Shown here in pieces: positions 38,459 through 47,465 of a stretch of 64,000 bases of DNA. The DNA comes from a virus. Its lineage: Duplodnaviria; Heunggongvirae; Uroviricota; Caudoviricetes. A model generated the notes under the pieces. That model saw only the letters and a list, made by a program, of their open reading frames with translations. It was not told the origin of the DNA and did not search any database. Made by a program: the position numbers and the translations under genes. The stretch's first letter is position 1, and every line of letters starts with the position of its first letter. The stretch lies in the IMG/VR virus record IMGVR_UViG_3300029288_000136. One strand, written 5' to 3'.

Positions 38459-38783
38459 CGTTCTTAAGCCACATTAGCAGCGTCGACTGAACCGTTCCGG
38501 ATGCCTCGGCGCTTATCCTCTCCGCGTCGTATCCGAACGTTATTAGCAGGTTCTCGAGAGCCCGGACCAATAGTTCGTAGTACTTGTCCGGATCGTATTC
38601 CCCCCGTATCTGCTTCGGCGTGTAGCGCCGCTCGGGCTTCTTCGCGCAGGCATCTGTTATCACGTACTCGACCGATTCCCCCGGCCGGGTCTTCAGACCG
38701 TAGCGTTCCAGCTTTTCCATCACGACCTTTTGCGCCGCCGCGCTCTTGTATTCATTCCGCTCCCTTGTCACGCTCTTGAACAT
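38442..38783 (-). pseudogene. C-terminal (thumb) fragment of an archaeal-type family-B DNA polymerase
   Basis: ...GESVEYVITD...EYDPDKYYELLVRALENLLITFGYDAERI...QSTLLMWLKNVN aligns with the conserved PolB C-terminus (G..I.Y.V...YDP.K..YDAEYYIENQVLPAV.RIL..FGY...Q..L..WL). It has no N-terminal 600+ aa and ends at the island junction. Confidence 0.65.
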
Positions 38784-38786
38784 ACA

Positions 38787-39062
38787 ATTGACTACAAGCA
38801 GAAAGGCGTAGATATACTACTATCTATGGATTTAGTAAAGTTGGTTTCTAAGGAAGAAATAAACAAAGCAGTACTAATAACTGGTGACAGTGACTTTGTG
38901 CCTGCGGTTCGAATGGCAAAGGATGATACGATCCAAATTTATTTGATACATGGTACTAGAATCCATAATGGAAAAACTCTTCCACTAGCTCATGATGAAC
39001 TTTATTCGTTATGTGACGAACGCATACCTATAACAAAGGAGCTACTTAAAAGGCTGACCTAA
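38787..39062 (+). pseudogene. NYN/LabA-like domain, C-terminal fragment
   Basis: IDYKQKGVDILLSMDLVKL...AVLITGDSDFVPAVRMA matches the NYN C-terminal core (KGVD...SGDSDF.P). No own start codon, since the tracked ORF start lies antisense to the PolB fragment. Confidence 0.55.
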
Positions 39063-39225
39063 TCATCTCTTTCTGCTAATAAACTCCCTCGTCTGCTAAT
39101 AAAGTCGCTGGTTTTCATGACTAAATTAGCAAAGCCAGTATAGATATGTTAGGATAAGTATAAAACAGATAGAAGAATCTAAGGGGATACCAAGAAGAAT
39201 CCAGAGAAGTATTAACCTGGAATAC

Positions 39226-39459
39226 CTACTTGAAGTCGAAGGCTTCGATAACTTCATCCGGTGTTGGATTATATATGTCTCCACACCCAATTGTTCCATC
39301 ATATTCATTTTCTTTGTCAACTACAAGAGCGCGTTTAGGCATGGTTCTCTTCTTGTATCCACAAAGGGGACATGCTTCTCCCGGCTTCCTGCTATCAATT
39401 CGTTCTTTCCTTTTAAGCACCTTATCCAAGTATGCTCCGATCTTATCCAATGTGTTCAT
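39226..39459 (-). CDS. zinc-ribbon protein
   Basis: CPLCGYKK...GCGD. Confidence 0.35.
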   Translation of the reverse strand: MNTLDKIGAYLDKVLKRKERIDSRKPGEACPLCGYKKRTMPKRALVVDKENEYDGTIGCGDIYNPTPDEVIEAFDFK

Positions 39460-39646
39460 TTTATGTGTATAAGTTATGAGAGAAATTGGAGCCAGTCAGG
39501 ATTTGCACCTGACAACCTGGGGACATTGTACTGTGTCAATCCCATACTGTAACAGCAGCGGCACTACAATCTTTCTCCGCCCTTGACTCCATTAATATAT
39601 GAGAGTATTATGTAGAATTGATGAAAAAAGTTAATGAAAAAAAGAG

Positions 39647-39919
39647 TTAGAGCTTATTTCTCTTCTCCATATCATTCCATAACTCAGTCATCATCAAGTA
39701 GAAACCAGCTATAGTTATCCCCCAAAAGAATGCAGTAATAAAGAGTTCAGGTAATGCTTCTCCATAGTTGTTAATTGCAACCCATGATTTTTTAGAGCTG
39801 TCCATCCAGCTTGTAAACCATACAAGCTGTAGTAGGGAGGCAAGACCCGTGCTCCATATAAGAGATATTAACTTGACATACCTTCTAATAATGTGTTTAT
39901 CCATTTTTTTAGAGCACAT
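39647..39919 (-). CDS. small membrane protein
   Basis: 90 aa, W-rich hydrophobic helices. Confidence 0.3.
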   Translation of the reverse strand: MCSKKMDKHIIRRYVKLISLIWSTGLASLLQLVWFTSWMDSSKKSWVAINNYGEALPELFITAFFWGITIAGFYLMMTELWNDMEKRNKL

Positions 39920-40337
39920 AAATGAATCTATCTCCTGTTGTTTCCCTGGTTAAAGCCCTCCAAGGCCACTTATCCTCCATACCAATTACCTGGTTTCCTT
40001 CTAATTCAATCACTCCAGGTCTTGAAGTCTCCGGAACAACCAGGGAATATGTAACTTTGGATGGTATTGGAGAGAAATAAGTCCATAAAAGCCACTCTAT
40101 TTTTCCATACCTCACCATTCCATTGTTCGATATATTGGTGACATTAAAACCATCAGGTATAGATTCTTCAATTCCAACAACTACTGTATCATTTGTCTTT
40201 GTTATGTCCAATGATATAGAGTAATTGTATCCTCTATGCATTATTAAAGAGCTACAGTCTCGTTCAATTGTTGCGGTTCCATAACAGGTTCCTATCAGCG
40301 CAAGAATTAGTATTCCTGCTATTGTTTTTGTATTCAT
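39909..40337 (-). CDS. secreted/signal-peptide protein
   Basis: N-terminal MNTKTIAGILILALIGTCYG signal-like segment. 142 aa. Confidence 0.35.
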   Translation of the reverse strand: MNTKTIAGILILALIGTCYGTATIERDCSSLIMHRGYNYSISLDITKTNDTVVVGIEESIPDGFNVTNISNNGMVRYGKIEWLLWTYFSPIPSKVTYSLVVPETSRPGVIELEGNQVIGMEDKWPWRALTRETTGDRFIYVL

Positions 40338-40546
40338 CTTAGTTTATTTACTCTATTTATATTCACTTCAGGGAATTTGGCTTCCAACAAAAAACCTATG
40401 ATTTCTTCAACACCATCATCTCTCATACGTACTATTGAGATTAGGCGAGTAACATAGCCCATCTTTTCAAGTTTATCACATTTAGGGTAAAAATCCTTAA
40501 GAGTCATATTTAGAGGGAGAGACTCTGATACTGTAGGTTCAACCAT
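40334..40546 (-). CDS. hypothetical protein
   Basis: 70 aa, 4-nt overlap with the downstream gene. Confidence 0.3.
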   Translation of the reverse strand: MVEPTVSESLPLNMTLKDFYPKCDKLEKMGYVTRLISIVRMRDDGVEEIIGFLLEAKFPEVNINRVNKLR

Positions 40547-40605
40547 TTTCTGTTTAAATAATAGAATAATAAGTATTTATATTTGTATGTCTAATATTAG
40601 TTTGT

Positions 40606-40929
40606 ATGGATCCAATAACATACAATGCATTGGTAGGAGTAATAGCTGCAGGAGTGCTGGCTATGAGTACGTATATAAGGAAAAGAGAGCAGGATGGTAC
40701 GAGTTTTGAGTTTTCAAAGCTTCTAGCCACAGGGATAACAGGGATTATTGTAGGGATAAGTGCGGCATTCATGGGGATACAGGTGAGTGAGTCATGGCTG
40801 CTAATACAGTTGGGAGCATATGCAGGATTCACTTCCATACTTGAGTCCTGGATTCGTATAGTCCTTACAAAGCTTAGAGGAATAGGAGTTGTTAATTCCT
40901 TGTACTCGAAGATCTATAAGACTGTATGA
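40606..40929 (+). CDS. small membrane protein (opposite strand to block)
   Basis: 107 aa with three hydrophobic helices. More protein-like than the overlapping minus ORF 40554..40838. Confidence 0.35.
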   Translation: MDPITYNALVGVIAAGVLAMSTYIRKREQDGTSFEFSKLLATGITGIIVGISAAFMGIQVSESWLLIQLGAYAGFTSILESWIRIVLTKLRGIGVVNSLYSKIYKTV

Positions 40930-41164
40930 TCTGTTCTTCTTTCTTTTTTTCTTTTATCCTATTTGATTCATCTATTGATTTACGTGCTTCTTTCAGTGAT
41001 TCTTCTTCTGTTAAATGTTTGAAGAAGCAGCGGATTCCGCGAGCATAGTTCTCAACCCTATTATCTTCAGGCATCACTATTGGTTCTCTCTTTGATATTT
41101 CATTCGATTCAATTGTTTCTATGTCCTCATATGTTTCCGTGTCCATTTTAGTGTAAATCAGCAA
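40892..41164 (-). CDS. hypothetical protein
   Basis: 90 aa, charged. Confidence 0.3.
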   Translation of the reverse strand: MLIYTKMDTETYEDIETIESNEISKREPIVMPEDNRVENYARGIRCFFKHLTEEESLKEARKSIDESNRIKEKKKEEQIIQSYRSSSTRN

Positions 41165-41195
41165 TAATTTGTAATAAGTAATGATTTGTAGTATT

Positions 41196-41576
41196 TTAGT
41201 AATAATGTGAGAGAGCCATTATCTTGAATGCTTTATTAGTCATATCAATATCATTCTTATCAATGAAATTAACTAAAGGCATGATCAGTTCATCTAACTC
41301 TTTGTTTTCAATCTCGATGTAATCCAAATTGCCTCCATCTTCATCACTATCACTCATTGCAAGTATGTTACCAATGAGACAATATTCTCCTGACATTCCA
41401 TCAGTTACTATACGGATTCCTCTATTCTCTTCAATGTCTGAGTATTCGTCAAAGGCAAATTCAGCAAGAGAGGAGTCTTCAATCCCATCAGGCAATAGTT
41501 TCCTGTATTCTTCCTCGTTCAGTTTTATCCCATACATTACCAGTGTTACGCAGTGTGTGCTCATTTTGGTTTCCAC
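41196..41576 (-). CDS. hypothetical protein
   Basis: 126 aa, acidic. Confidence 0.3.
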   Translation of the reverse strand: METKMSTHCVTLVMYGIKLNEEEYRKLLPDGIEDSSLAEFAFDEYSDIEENRGIRIVTDGMSGEYCLIGNILAMSDSDEDGGNLDYIEIENKELDELIMPLVNFIDKNDIDMTNKAFKIMALSHYY

Positions 41577-41947
41577 TTCTCTTTGTACATCTTTTCATAT
41601 AATTCAAGTAAGTAGTTGTAGAAGTCTGTTGCAAGTTCCTGAGAGTGTCCTACTTTAAGTAATTCCTTCTCCCATGCTCTATAAGGAGTATAACTACATG
41701 CAGTTTGTTTATTATTACATAGACCAAGTACACAGTAATTTACACCACTTCCAGCATAATTGTAGAGTTCACAAAAAGGACAGTCAAATTTTCTAGGTCC
41801 AATCCCAAGTTCATCCAAGAGTTTTCCTTTCAAGTTATTTAAGTTTCCATAACTTGTTGATGGTGTATTGCTTAGTTCCTTCCATAATAGAAGACACTCA
41901 TTGAATGCTTTCCTATTTCGTTTGCTTGGCTTCATGTATACTTCCAT
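41561..41947 (-). CDS. Cys-rich hypothetical protein
   Basis: CPFCELYNYAGSGVNYCVLGLCNN...C. Confidence 0.3.
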   Translation of the reverse strand: MEVYMKPSKRNRKAFNECLLLWKELSNTPSTSYGNLNNLKGKLLDELGIGPRKFDCPFCELYNYAGSGVNYCVLGLCNNKQTACSYTPYRAWEKELLKVGHSQELATDFYNYLLELYEKMYKEKWKPK

Positions 41948-41971
41948 TTTACCTCTAATATATTGAGATAG

Positions 41972-42424
41972 TTATTCAACAAAAACATACTCATACATAT
42001 AAACGGGATATCCTGACTCATCATGTCCATATTTTGTATTAGCCGTTCTTTTAAACACCAATGGTTGAGGCATACTAACAGGTATATTCATCGCTTCACA
42101 TACTTCATATATCTTGTTTGATCTTCTAGGAAATTGGATTATATCTCCTGCATATTCAGAAAAAAATTTAGTATCAAAGGTGTGTGTATCAAGCTTATGC
42201 TTTATTTCCTTTAGCTCTGTAGAATACCTCTTTTCCTTTGTATTTAGTTCTTCCTCAAAAGGATCCAAGATTTTTGCTTTTGTATATATTGATACATCAA
42301 GTTTATCTCTTATTTTCTTAATATCTTTTTTACATATCCTTATATCATCTAATTCCATCTGTATTGCTTTGATCCTGCTTCTAGATCTAGCTTCAAATGA
42401 ATCATATGGGTTTATTGCTTCCAT
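41972..42424 (-). CDS. hypothetical protein
   Basis: 150 aa. Confidence 0.3.
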   Translation of the reverse strand: MEAINPYDSFEARSRSRIKAIQMELDDIRICKKDIKKIRDKLDVSIYTKAKILDPFEEELNTKEKRYSTELKEIKHKLDTHTFDTKFFSEYAGDIIQFPRRSNKIYEVCEAMNIPVSMPQPLVFKRTANTKYGHDESGYPVYMYEYVFVE

Positions 42425-42430
42425 TTTACT

Positions 42431-42895
42431 TTATTCTTTCACTACTTTGATTGTTAGAGTGGTTGATCCTTCGATCCATGGAGGCATCTTATCTGATTGA
42501 GCAAATGACTCACACCATCCATACAAGAAGTGGTTCATATAGTTATTTTCAAAATCTATCCAATTATCTATGGTAACTTCACGAGTCCAGTTTTCATAAG
42601 TGGCATCGTCCATACCAGAATATTTCCTAGTGTCTTCTATTTCATCAGTGACATCCTCAGTGTATGTATGTTTGCCGTCTGTGATTATTACTTTGACTCT
42701 TAGGGGTTTCTTCAAAGTATCCAATGCTTCCTTTAGTTCAGGGATGCAGTTGGATTCTAAGAATAGCAGCAATTCAAGACGAGTAATTCCGTTGCCTTCA
42801 TCCAGTACTATCATATCTATTGGTTCATTGTTATTTGCTCCAAGAGTCAATAGGATATACTTCTTCAACACTTCCCTAGCTTGTATTTTGTCCAT
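42431..42895 (-). CDS. hypothetical protein
   Basis: 154 aa. Confidence 0.3.
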   Translation of the reverse strand: MDKIQAREVLKKYILLTLGANNNEPIDMIVLDEGNGITRLELLLFLESNCIPELKEALDTLKKPLRVKVIITDGKHTYTEDVTDEIEDTRKYSGMDDATYENWTREVTIDNWIDFENNYMNHFLYGWCESFAQSDKMPPWIEGSTTLTIKVVKE

Positions 42896-43151
42896 TGTAT
42901 ATACTACATAAAAATTGCGCTTTTAGTACGTATTCAGAAGACCCAACTGGATATTCTTCTATTACCGCCGTTCCTTTGATTATCTTTCCAATATTACAGC
43001 TTAATCCTGGAGCAATATCCAAAGTTACAGGGATCTCAATGTCTTCATTATTAATTTGGTCTCTCATTTTGTGAAGAGATTCAAGTGAAAAACTAACACC
43101 CTTGTTTTTCCCTGACACAGCTAAAACTGCAATATATGTCTTAGGTTCCAT
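42876..43151 (-). CDS. hypothetical protein
   Basis: 91 aa. Confidence 0.3.
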   Translation of the reverse strand: MEPKTYIAVLAVSGKNKGVSFSLESLHKMRDQINNEDIEIPVTLDIAPGLSCNIGKIIKGTAVIEEYPVGSSEYVLKAQFLCSIYNGQNTS

Positions 43152-43157
43152 TGTATA

Positions 43158-43340
43158 TTATTCCTTAGTCTTATTCTTAATGATCCTACGTATATCCCTT
43201 AACTTACTTGTCAATGTTTGAGCCATTTCAGTGAAGTCAACCCAGTCATCAAAAGAAAGTTTTTTATCCTTTGAGTAGTTGGCTAAATTAGTCAATTCAT
43301 CATCAATGATTTGACACGATTCCTTAACTGTTCGGCTCAT
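43158..43340 (-). CDS. hypothetical protein
   Basis: 60 aa. Confidence 0.25.
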   Translation of the reverse strand: MSRTVKESCQIIDDELTNLANYSKDKKLSFDDWVDFTEMAQTLTSKLRDIRRIIKNKTKE

Positions 43341-43522
43341 GTTTAATCTCCTAAGTATTCATTTAATATACGACTCAAGTTGAGTTTGAGCTGTTCTTTC
43401 TTAACTCCGATCATATCATCAGACGAGGGGTATTTATATTTGAGATACTATCCATCAATAGCAGAACATAATATAATCTCCAGTTGTTCTATTAAGTTTG
43501 ATGAGACCATTGTAGTAACTAT

Positions 43523-44026
43523 TCAATATTCTCCCTCCTCATAATCTATTGAGAAATCTGAGATAAATAGTTCAATGTCAATAGAGAATCCAGCTTTGAT
43601 CAATTCATCAGCCCACTTCCTCCTCAACATACGTATAGCAGTCCTGGGTTTATGCAAAGACATCAAGTAATCCTGATCTGATTTGAATCTGGAATCAATT
43701 TCATTTAGGATGACGGCGCGATTGGATTCATCTATCTTCACAACCTGCTGCTCTAATAGGAGAGAGGGATATATGATTTGAAGTTCATGGACTGTTGTAG
43801 ATGAGGCTCCCTTGAATATGAAGGTGGCGCGCTTCAGATTGCGAGTACCTGGCTCATGCTCCTTTATTATCTGAAGCGTCCCTTTCAGTTCAGGGGGTAT
43901 CAGCCAGAGGTATTTTTCAGCCAGGTAGTTGCCTATCCATTTCCATTTGTCTCTTTTGCGGTACTTCTCAAATTCTTTTCGGTTTCCTTCGTATTCTACT
44001 CCTGAGATCGTTGCTGTGTAATCCAT
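43523..44026 (-). CDS. hypothetical protein
   Basis: 167 aa. Confidence 0.35.
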   Translation of the reverse strand: MDYTATISGVEYEGNRKEFEKYRKRDKWKWIGNYLAEKYLWLIPPELKGTLQIIKEHEPGTRNLKRATFIFKGASSTTVHELQIIYPSLLLEQQVVKIDESNRAVILNEIDSRFKSDQDYLMSLHKPRTAIRMLRRKWADELIKAGFSIDIELFISDFSIDYEEGEY

Positions 44027-44186
44027 CTTAATTAGAAGTCTATTCCTCCAAATTGCCAGGAGTAAACTATTCTACCATCAACCATAAAAGGCTCACCAGT
44101 ATTTGGATCAACTGATGCATGACACTTGGAACATTCAGAAGCACATGCACCAATGTTTATTCCTATATGCCCGCAGGCTCCACACT

Positions 44187-44693
44187 TTATTTCTTTTGTT
44201 TCCATTGTTTAGTGAATGATTTCAATGAGGGTTCATCCTCGAATAGTTTCCAGAAGCGGGATGCTTCAATGTAGGACTGTTGTCGTGAGGGGGGCCAGGC
44301 TGACATGCGGGAAAGGTTGGAGGCGCGGTCACACATCTTTATCATTACAGCATCCCTTGATTTCAAGTTGGGGAAATAGTAGCCTGTTGATTTAGTTCCA
44401 GCGTGAGTGAGTTCATTGATTAGTTTAACTGCTCTTTCGTCAAAGACTTCCAGCAGTTGAGAGTATGTCAAATGCAAGTCTTCAACCAAGTCATGACCAT
44501 AAGCTTCTTGGATTACATGAGGTTGATCTGTTAATACTTTCACCATTGAGACTACTGGGAGGAGGTGGGCGTTGAAGTAGGGGATGCCCTCATCGTCCAA
44601 TACATCTTTGAATGCGGCGGCAGTGTAAGAGTAAATGCGTTGCTCCCATTGGGGCAAGTATAGGAAGTCCTTAAGTGTTTGATCGTCTTTCAT
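44187..44693 (-). CDS. HD-domain phosphohydrolase-like protein
   Basis: Upstream His (NAHLLP) and then a GHDLVED HD motif. Confidence 0.4.
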   Translation of the reverse strand: MKDDQTLKDFLYLPQWEQRIYSYTAAAFKDVLDDEGIPYFNAHLLPVVSMVKVLTDQPHVIQEAYGHDLVEDLHLTYSQLLEVFDERAVKLINELTHAGTKSTGYYFPNLKSRDAVMIKMCDRASNLSRMSAWPPSRQQSYIEASRFWKLFEDEPSLKSFTKQWKQKK

Positions 44694-44841
44694 TTTAATT
44701 TGGGTTTAGTCCAACCAGTGCTTACAACAAAAGTATCTCTCGGATCTACGTTGTATTTGTCATCAACTTCTATAGTTAGTTCCCCTGTGAGAGTATCCAT
44801 TGAAGGCTCTCCTTTGAAATGAGCTACAAGAACTTTCATTT

Positions 44842-45282
44842 TTATTCAGACGGTTTGAATAGATCTTTTCCATAAGAAATATTCCTAAGTGTTCTTTTTT
44901 GCTCATCAGATAAATTTGAATCATTTATCTTCTTTAGTTCCTCTTGAAGTTCGTCCTTTGCAGGAGCTACAATAGTGGCCCAAGTCTCTGAACCTGCAAG
45001 AGAACTTGTCATGTAAGGATAGGTTTTGTTTGACGTAGTGAATGTAAGATTAGACAAGTGGTAGCCATAATGTTTTCCATACTCATGATAACAATTCTCA
45101 TCAAATTCACATTCAGAACATTCATAGGTGCCGAGAGTGACAATGCCTTTGAAGTCTCCCTTGGTTTGTATAAGGTCACCCAAGCTGATATCTTTTCCAT
45201 TCATATCCTTAATTCCAATAGGTATCTTTTTCATTTTAAGTATAGTCAAAATATGCTTCCATCTCAAGAATCTCCTGACCAA
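44842..45282 (-). CDS. hypothetical protein
   Basis: 146 aa, downstream of repeat copy B. Confidence 0.35.
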   Translation of the reverse strand: MVRRFLRWKHILTILKMKKIPIGIKDMNGKDISLGDLIQTKGDFKGIVTLGTYECSECEFDENCYHEYGKHYGYHLSNLTFTTSNKTYPYMTSSLAGSETWATIVAPAKDELQEELKKINDSNLSDEQKRTLRNISYGKDLFKPSE

Positions 45283-45324
45283 TCTGCTTCAACGGATTGT
45301 AAAAAAAAGAAGGGGATTTTATTT

Positions 45325-45393
45325 TTATAAATAATTAAAAATAGAATAAAAAATTTTTTCTAATAGGATTATTAATTATTTTTAATTAATAAT
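45325..45393. repeat. dispersed ~70-bp AT-rich repeat, copy B
   Basis: About 85% identical to 12133..12199. Lies between the tRNA pair and gene 44842..45282. Confidence 0.65.
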
Positions 45394-45449
45394 GGGGGGT
45401 TGTTTTTAGATCGTGGAGTATGGTTAGTGTATAGATTGAGATATTTCTT

Positions 45450-45543
45450 TGCAGGTTGGGGGAATCGAACCCCCGACTCTCACAGGACTATTTATTCATC
45501 ACAGTTAGTGACTTTCCCAGTTAATCCATTGGTCGATACCTGC
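45450..45543 (-). tRNA. tRNA-like gene A (94 nt, possibly intron-containing)
   Basis: Minus strand has a perfect T-arm GGGGG-TTCGATT-CCCCC. Acceptor strands GCAGGTA / (A)ACCTGC give 6 of 7 pairs. Too long for a standard tRNA and the anticodon arm is not foldable by hand, so an intron or long variable arm is suspected. Confidence 0.45.
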
Positions 45544-45551
45544 TTACGTAT

Positions 45552-45622
45552 TGGAAGGGGTGGGATTCGAACCCACACTCATGGTATCACCCGCAACACA
45601 TCCATATTATATTATCCCTTCC
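45552..45622 (-). tRNA. tRNA-like gene B (71 nt)
   Basis: Perfect 7-bp acceptor (GGAAGGG / CCCTTCC) and perfect T-arm GTGGG-TTCGAAT-CCCAC. No canonical D or anticodon stems could be found by hand. Confidence 0.45.
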
Positions 45623-45894
45623 TTTTTGATATTGTATGATTCGTCAAATGCTTCTATGTTATCCAATTGTTCTTGAGTGAAAGGCCCATATGATTCTTGA
45701 TCATTGTCTTCATCTCTTGCATTATCAAGCTCTTCTTTGGATAATACTCCAATATTTGTATAAGTATTGAATCCACAACGCTTGCATATTCCTTCAATCA
45801 CATCAAACGGTTTATAATCAGAGTAACACTCTAAAGTTTGCTTTCCTCTGCAGCGAGGGCAATCATTTGAGTAACTGGTTCCTGACATCTTCAA
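45607..45894 (-). CDS. zinc-ribbon protein
   Basis: CPRCRGK...CKRCG. The 3' end overlaps tRNA-like B by 16 nt. Confidence 0.35.
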   Translation of the reverse strand: MKMSGTSYSNDCPRCRGKQTLECYSDYKPFDVIEGICKRCGFNTYTNIGVLSKEELDNARDEDNDQESYGPFTQEQLDNIEAFDESYNIKKEGII

Positions 45895-46127
45895 TCATCT
45901 CCATTGTATTCTTCTATTCTGTCAAAGTCCAAGAGAACATCTCCACAATTTTCGCATTCAATAGCGACATTCATGATAGGGCCTGTTCTCTTTCCTGTCT
46001 TATGATTCATCTTAGAATAACCAACACATACAATCCAGTGACCAATGTGTTGCCTTAGTGTTTCAAAGTCGTGTGCTCCCATAAGAATTAGTCCTCCTTG
46101 TTTGATTTGCCAGTAGCACAAGTCCAA
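45891..46127 (-). CDS. Cys/His-containing hypothetical protein
   Basis: 78 aa, CENCG motif. Confidence 0.3.
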   Translation of the reverse strand: MDLCYWQIKQGGLILMGAHDFETLRQHIGHWIVCVGYSKMNHKTGKRTGPIMNVAIECENCGDVLLDFDRIEEYNGDD

Positions 46128-46324
46128 TGAACTGGAATTGCTACTGAGTTATATACTTTTCCTTCTCTGCACTTCTCCTGTTCTATGACATCTTCTCCAG
46201 GACCAACAGGGACTAAACATATTAGGTCACCCAATTTAAATAAGTGCTTGCATGCGGGGCATTCTTTTCCAATTATTGGAGAATTTTGTTTAAGCGGTCC
46301 GAACTTCCTTAATTCAGTAATCAT
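46088..46324 (-). CDS. zinc-ribbon-like protein
   Basis: CPACKH...C...C. Confidence 0.3.
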   Translation of the reverse strand: MITELRKFGPLKQNSPIIGKECPACKHLFKLGDLICLVPVGPGEDVIEQEKCREGKVYNSVAIPVHWTCATGKSNKED

Positions 46325-46540
46325 TTTGTTTTGTTTGATTTATATTTTTTCATAAGTATCTCAGTTATTTCACTACGTTCCTAATTGGTTAAATCCAAGA
46401 CTATCTCTATATCAACCATGAATCTATTGGTTGAATCTGAGATCTTACACATATATCTGCGTCCCTTGTATATAACATCGTAATAGGTTGCAGTCATGTC
46501 TCCTGTCTTGCGGATTGTATCTGACATTTTGATTTATTGA

Positions 46541-46726
46541 TTATTCTATGTCATCTAGGAAGGCTCTGACAGTTTTGATATTATTGTAGATGTGGGTTGA
46601 GGTATCCTGTCCAGAGGATTCCATCTCTTCCATATGTGTGCGTTCATCATCTTCCAAGTAGTCAAGTATGGTTCTCATCGAGGAGAGAACAGCATCGGTC
46701 AGTTCAGCCATTTTTATTCGATCCAA
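46541..46726 (-). CDS. hypothetical protein
   Basis: 61 aa, acidic. Confidence 0.25.
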   Translation of the reverse strand: MDRIKMAELTDAVLSSMRTILDYLEDDERTHMEEMESSGQDTSTHIYNNIKTVRAFLDDIE

Positions 46727-46729
46727 GTG

Positions 46730-47068
46730 TTATGGTTGGTTTATAACTTCCTTCTTTAATTTCTTCTTCAAGTAGTTGTAGAAGATTAAAGCGTTCTCAG
46801 GAGTTTGAACAAGATACCAGTTTACATAAGGTTTGTTTCTACTATTACACTTATTGATAGGACAGGAATAACAGCCTCCATTGTATTGATTGCAGTAGTA
46901 TTCGCAGAGGAAACATTCTGCCATGACAAAATCATCAGATATACCAATTGCAGTCCTAGCCATATACTTGTTTATTTCTGATGATAGGGTTGGGTCGCTA
47001 TGCTTGGATAACCATTCCCACGCCTTAAGACAATAAGAGTGGGCCTCTTCTTCAGTCAATGTTTTCAT
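46730..47068 (-). CDS. Cys-rich hypothetical protein
   Basis: CFLCEYYCNQYNGGCYSCPINKC. Confidence 0.35.
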   Translation of the reverse strand: MKTLTEEEAHSYCLKAWEWLSKHSDPTLSSEINKYMARTAIGISDDFVMAECFLCEYYCNQYNGGCYSCPINKCNSRNKPYVNWYLVQTPENALIFYNYLKKKLKKEVINQP

Positions 47069-47465
47069 TTGGTTTATCGTATTTCAATAAGAGTTCACAT
47101 AGGTCGGCTTTAAATAAGTGTTCATCAGAGGGTGAGAGCTTGATTCCAAGGTCCGTATAAAGCAGTAGAGTGATGGAGGTTGAGAGTTTGAGGAGGGAGT
47201 CATAGGGTGTAGCTGGAGGGGTTGTGGTTTGGTGGGTCAGGATGACTGCATAGGACTCTATCTTAGACAGTGTGTTGCGTTCTTTCTCCATTAGGAACCA
47301 GGTGTTCAACATGCGAAGGGAGTCGAATTGAAGCAATCGCTTGGAGAAATGGATGTCAAAGTCCTTATTAGACATAAGGCGTTCAGATGTTGGGGAAATC
47401 ATTGTAATCAGGTGAAGTCTCTGAGTTCGTCTTTGTTCATTGGTCGGGAGGCTCCACATATACAC
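47052..47465 (-). CDS. hypothetical protein
   Basis: 137 aa. Confidence 0.3.
   Translation of the reverse strand: MYMWSLPTNEQRRTQRLHLITMISPTSERLMSNKDFDIHFSKRLLQFDSLRMLNTWFLMEKERNTLSKIESYAVILTHQTTTPPATPYDSLLKLSTSITLLLYTDLGIKLSPSDEHLFKADLCELLLKYDKPNENID

Larger units (their letters stand above)
33903..38786. mobile_element. ~4.9-kb GC-richer inserted island splitting the NYN gene
   Basis: Both halves of one NYN domain flank it in the same orientation. Composition shifts to GC-richer DNA with GC-rich palindromes. Cargo: GGCT, flotillin-NfeD operon, membrane proteins, PolB 3' fragment ending exactly at the right junction. Confidence 0.55.

Noticed and set aside
39490-39570. Hairpin GTCAGG-ATTTGCA-CCTGAC, looked at as an anticodon arm or tRNA.
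   Set aside because: No T-arm or acceptor complementarity nearby. Loop positions do not fit U33 and purine-37. Probably just a terminator-like hairpin without a T-run.
40554-40838. Minus ORF overlapping the plus-strand membrane-protein gene 40606..40929.
   Set aside because: The plus-strand product has clean transmembrane helices. The minus translation is compositionally odd. Only one of the two is likely real.
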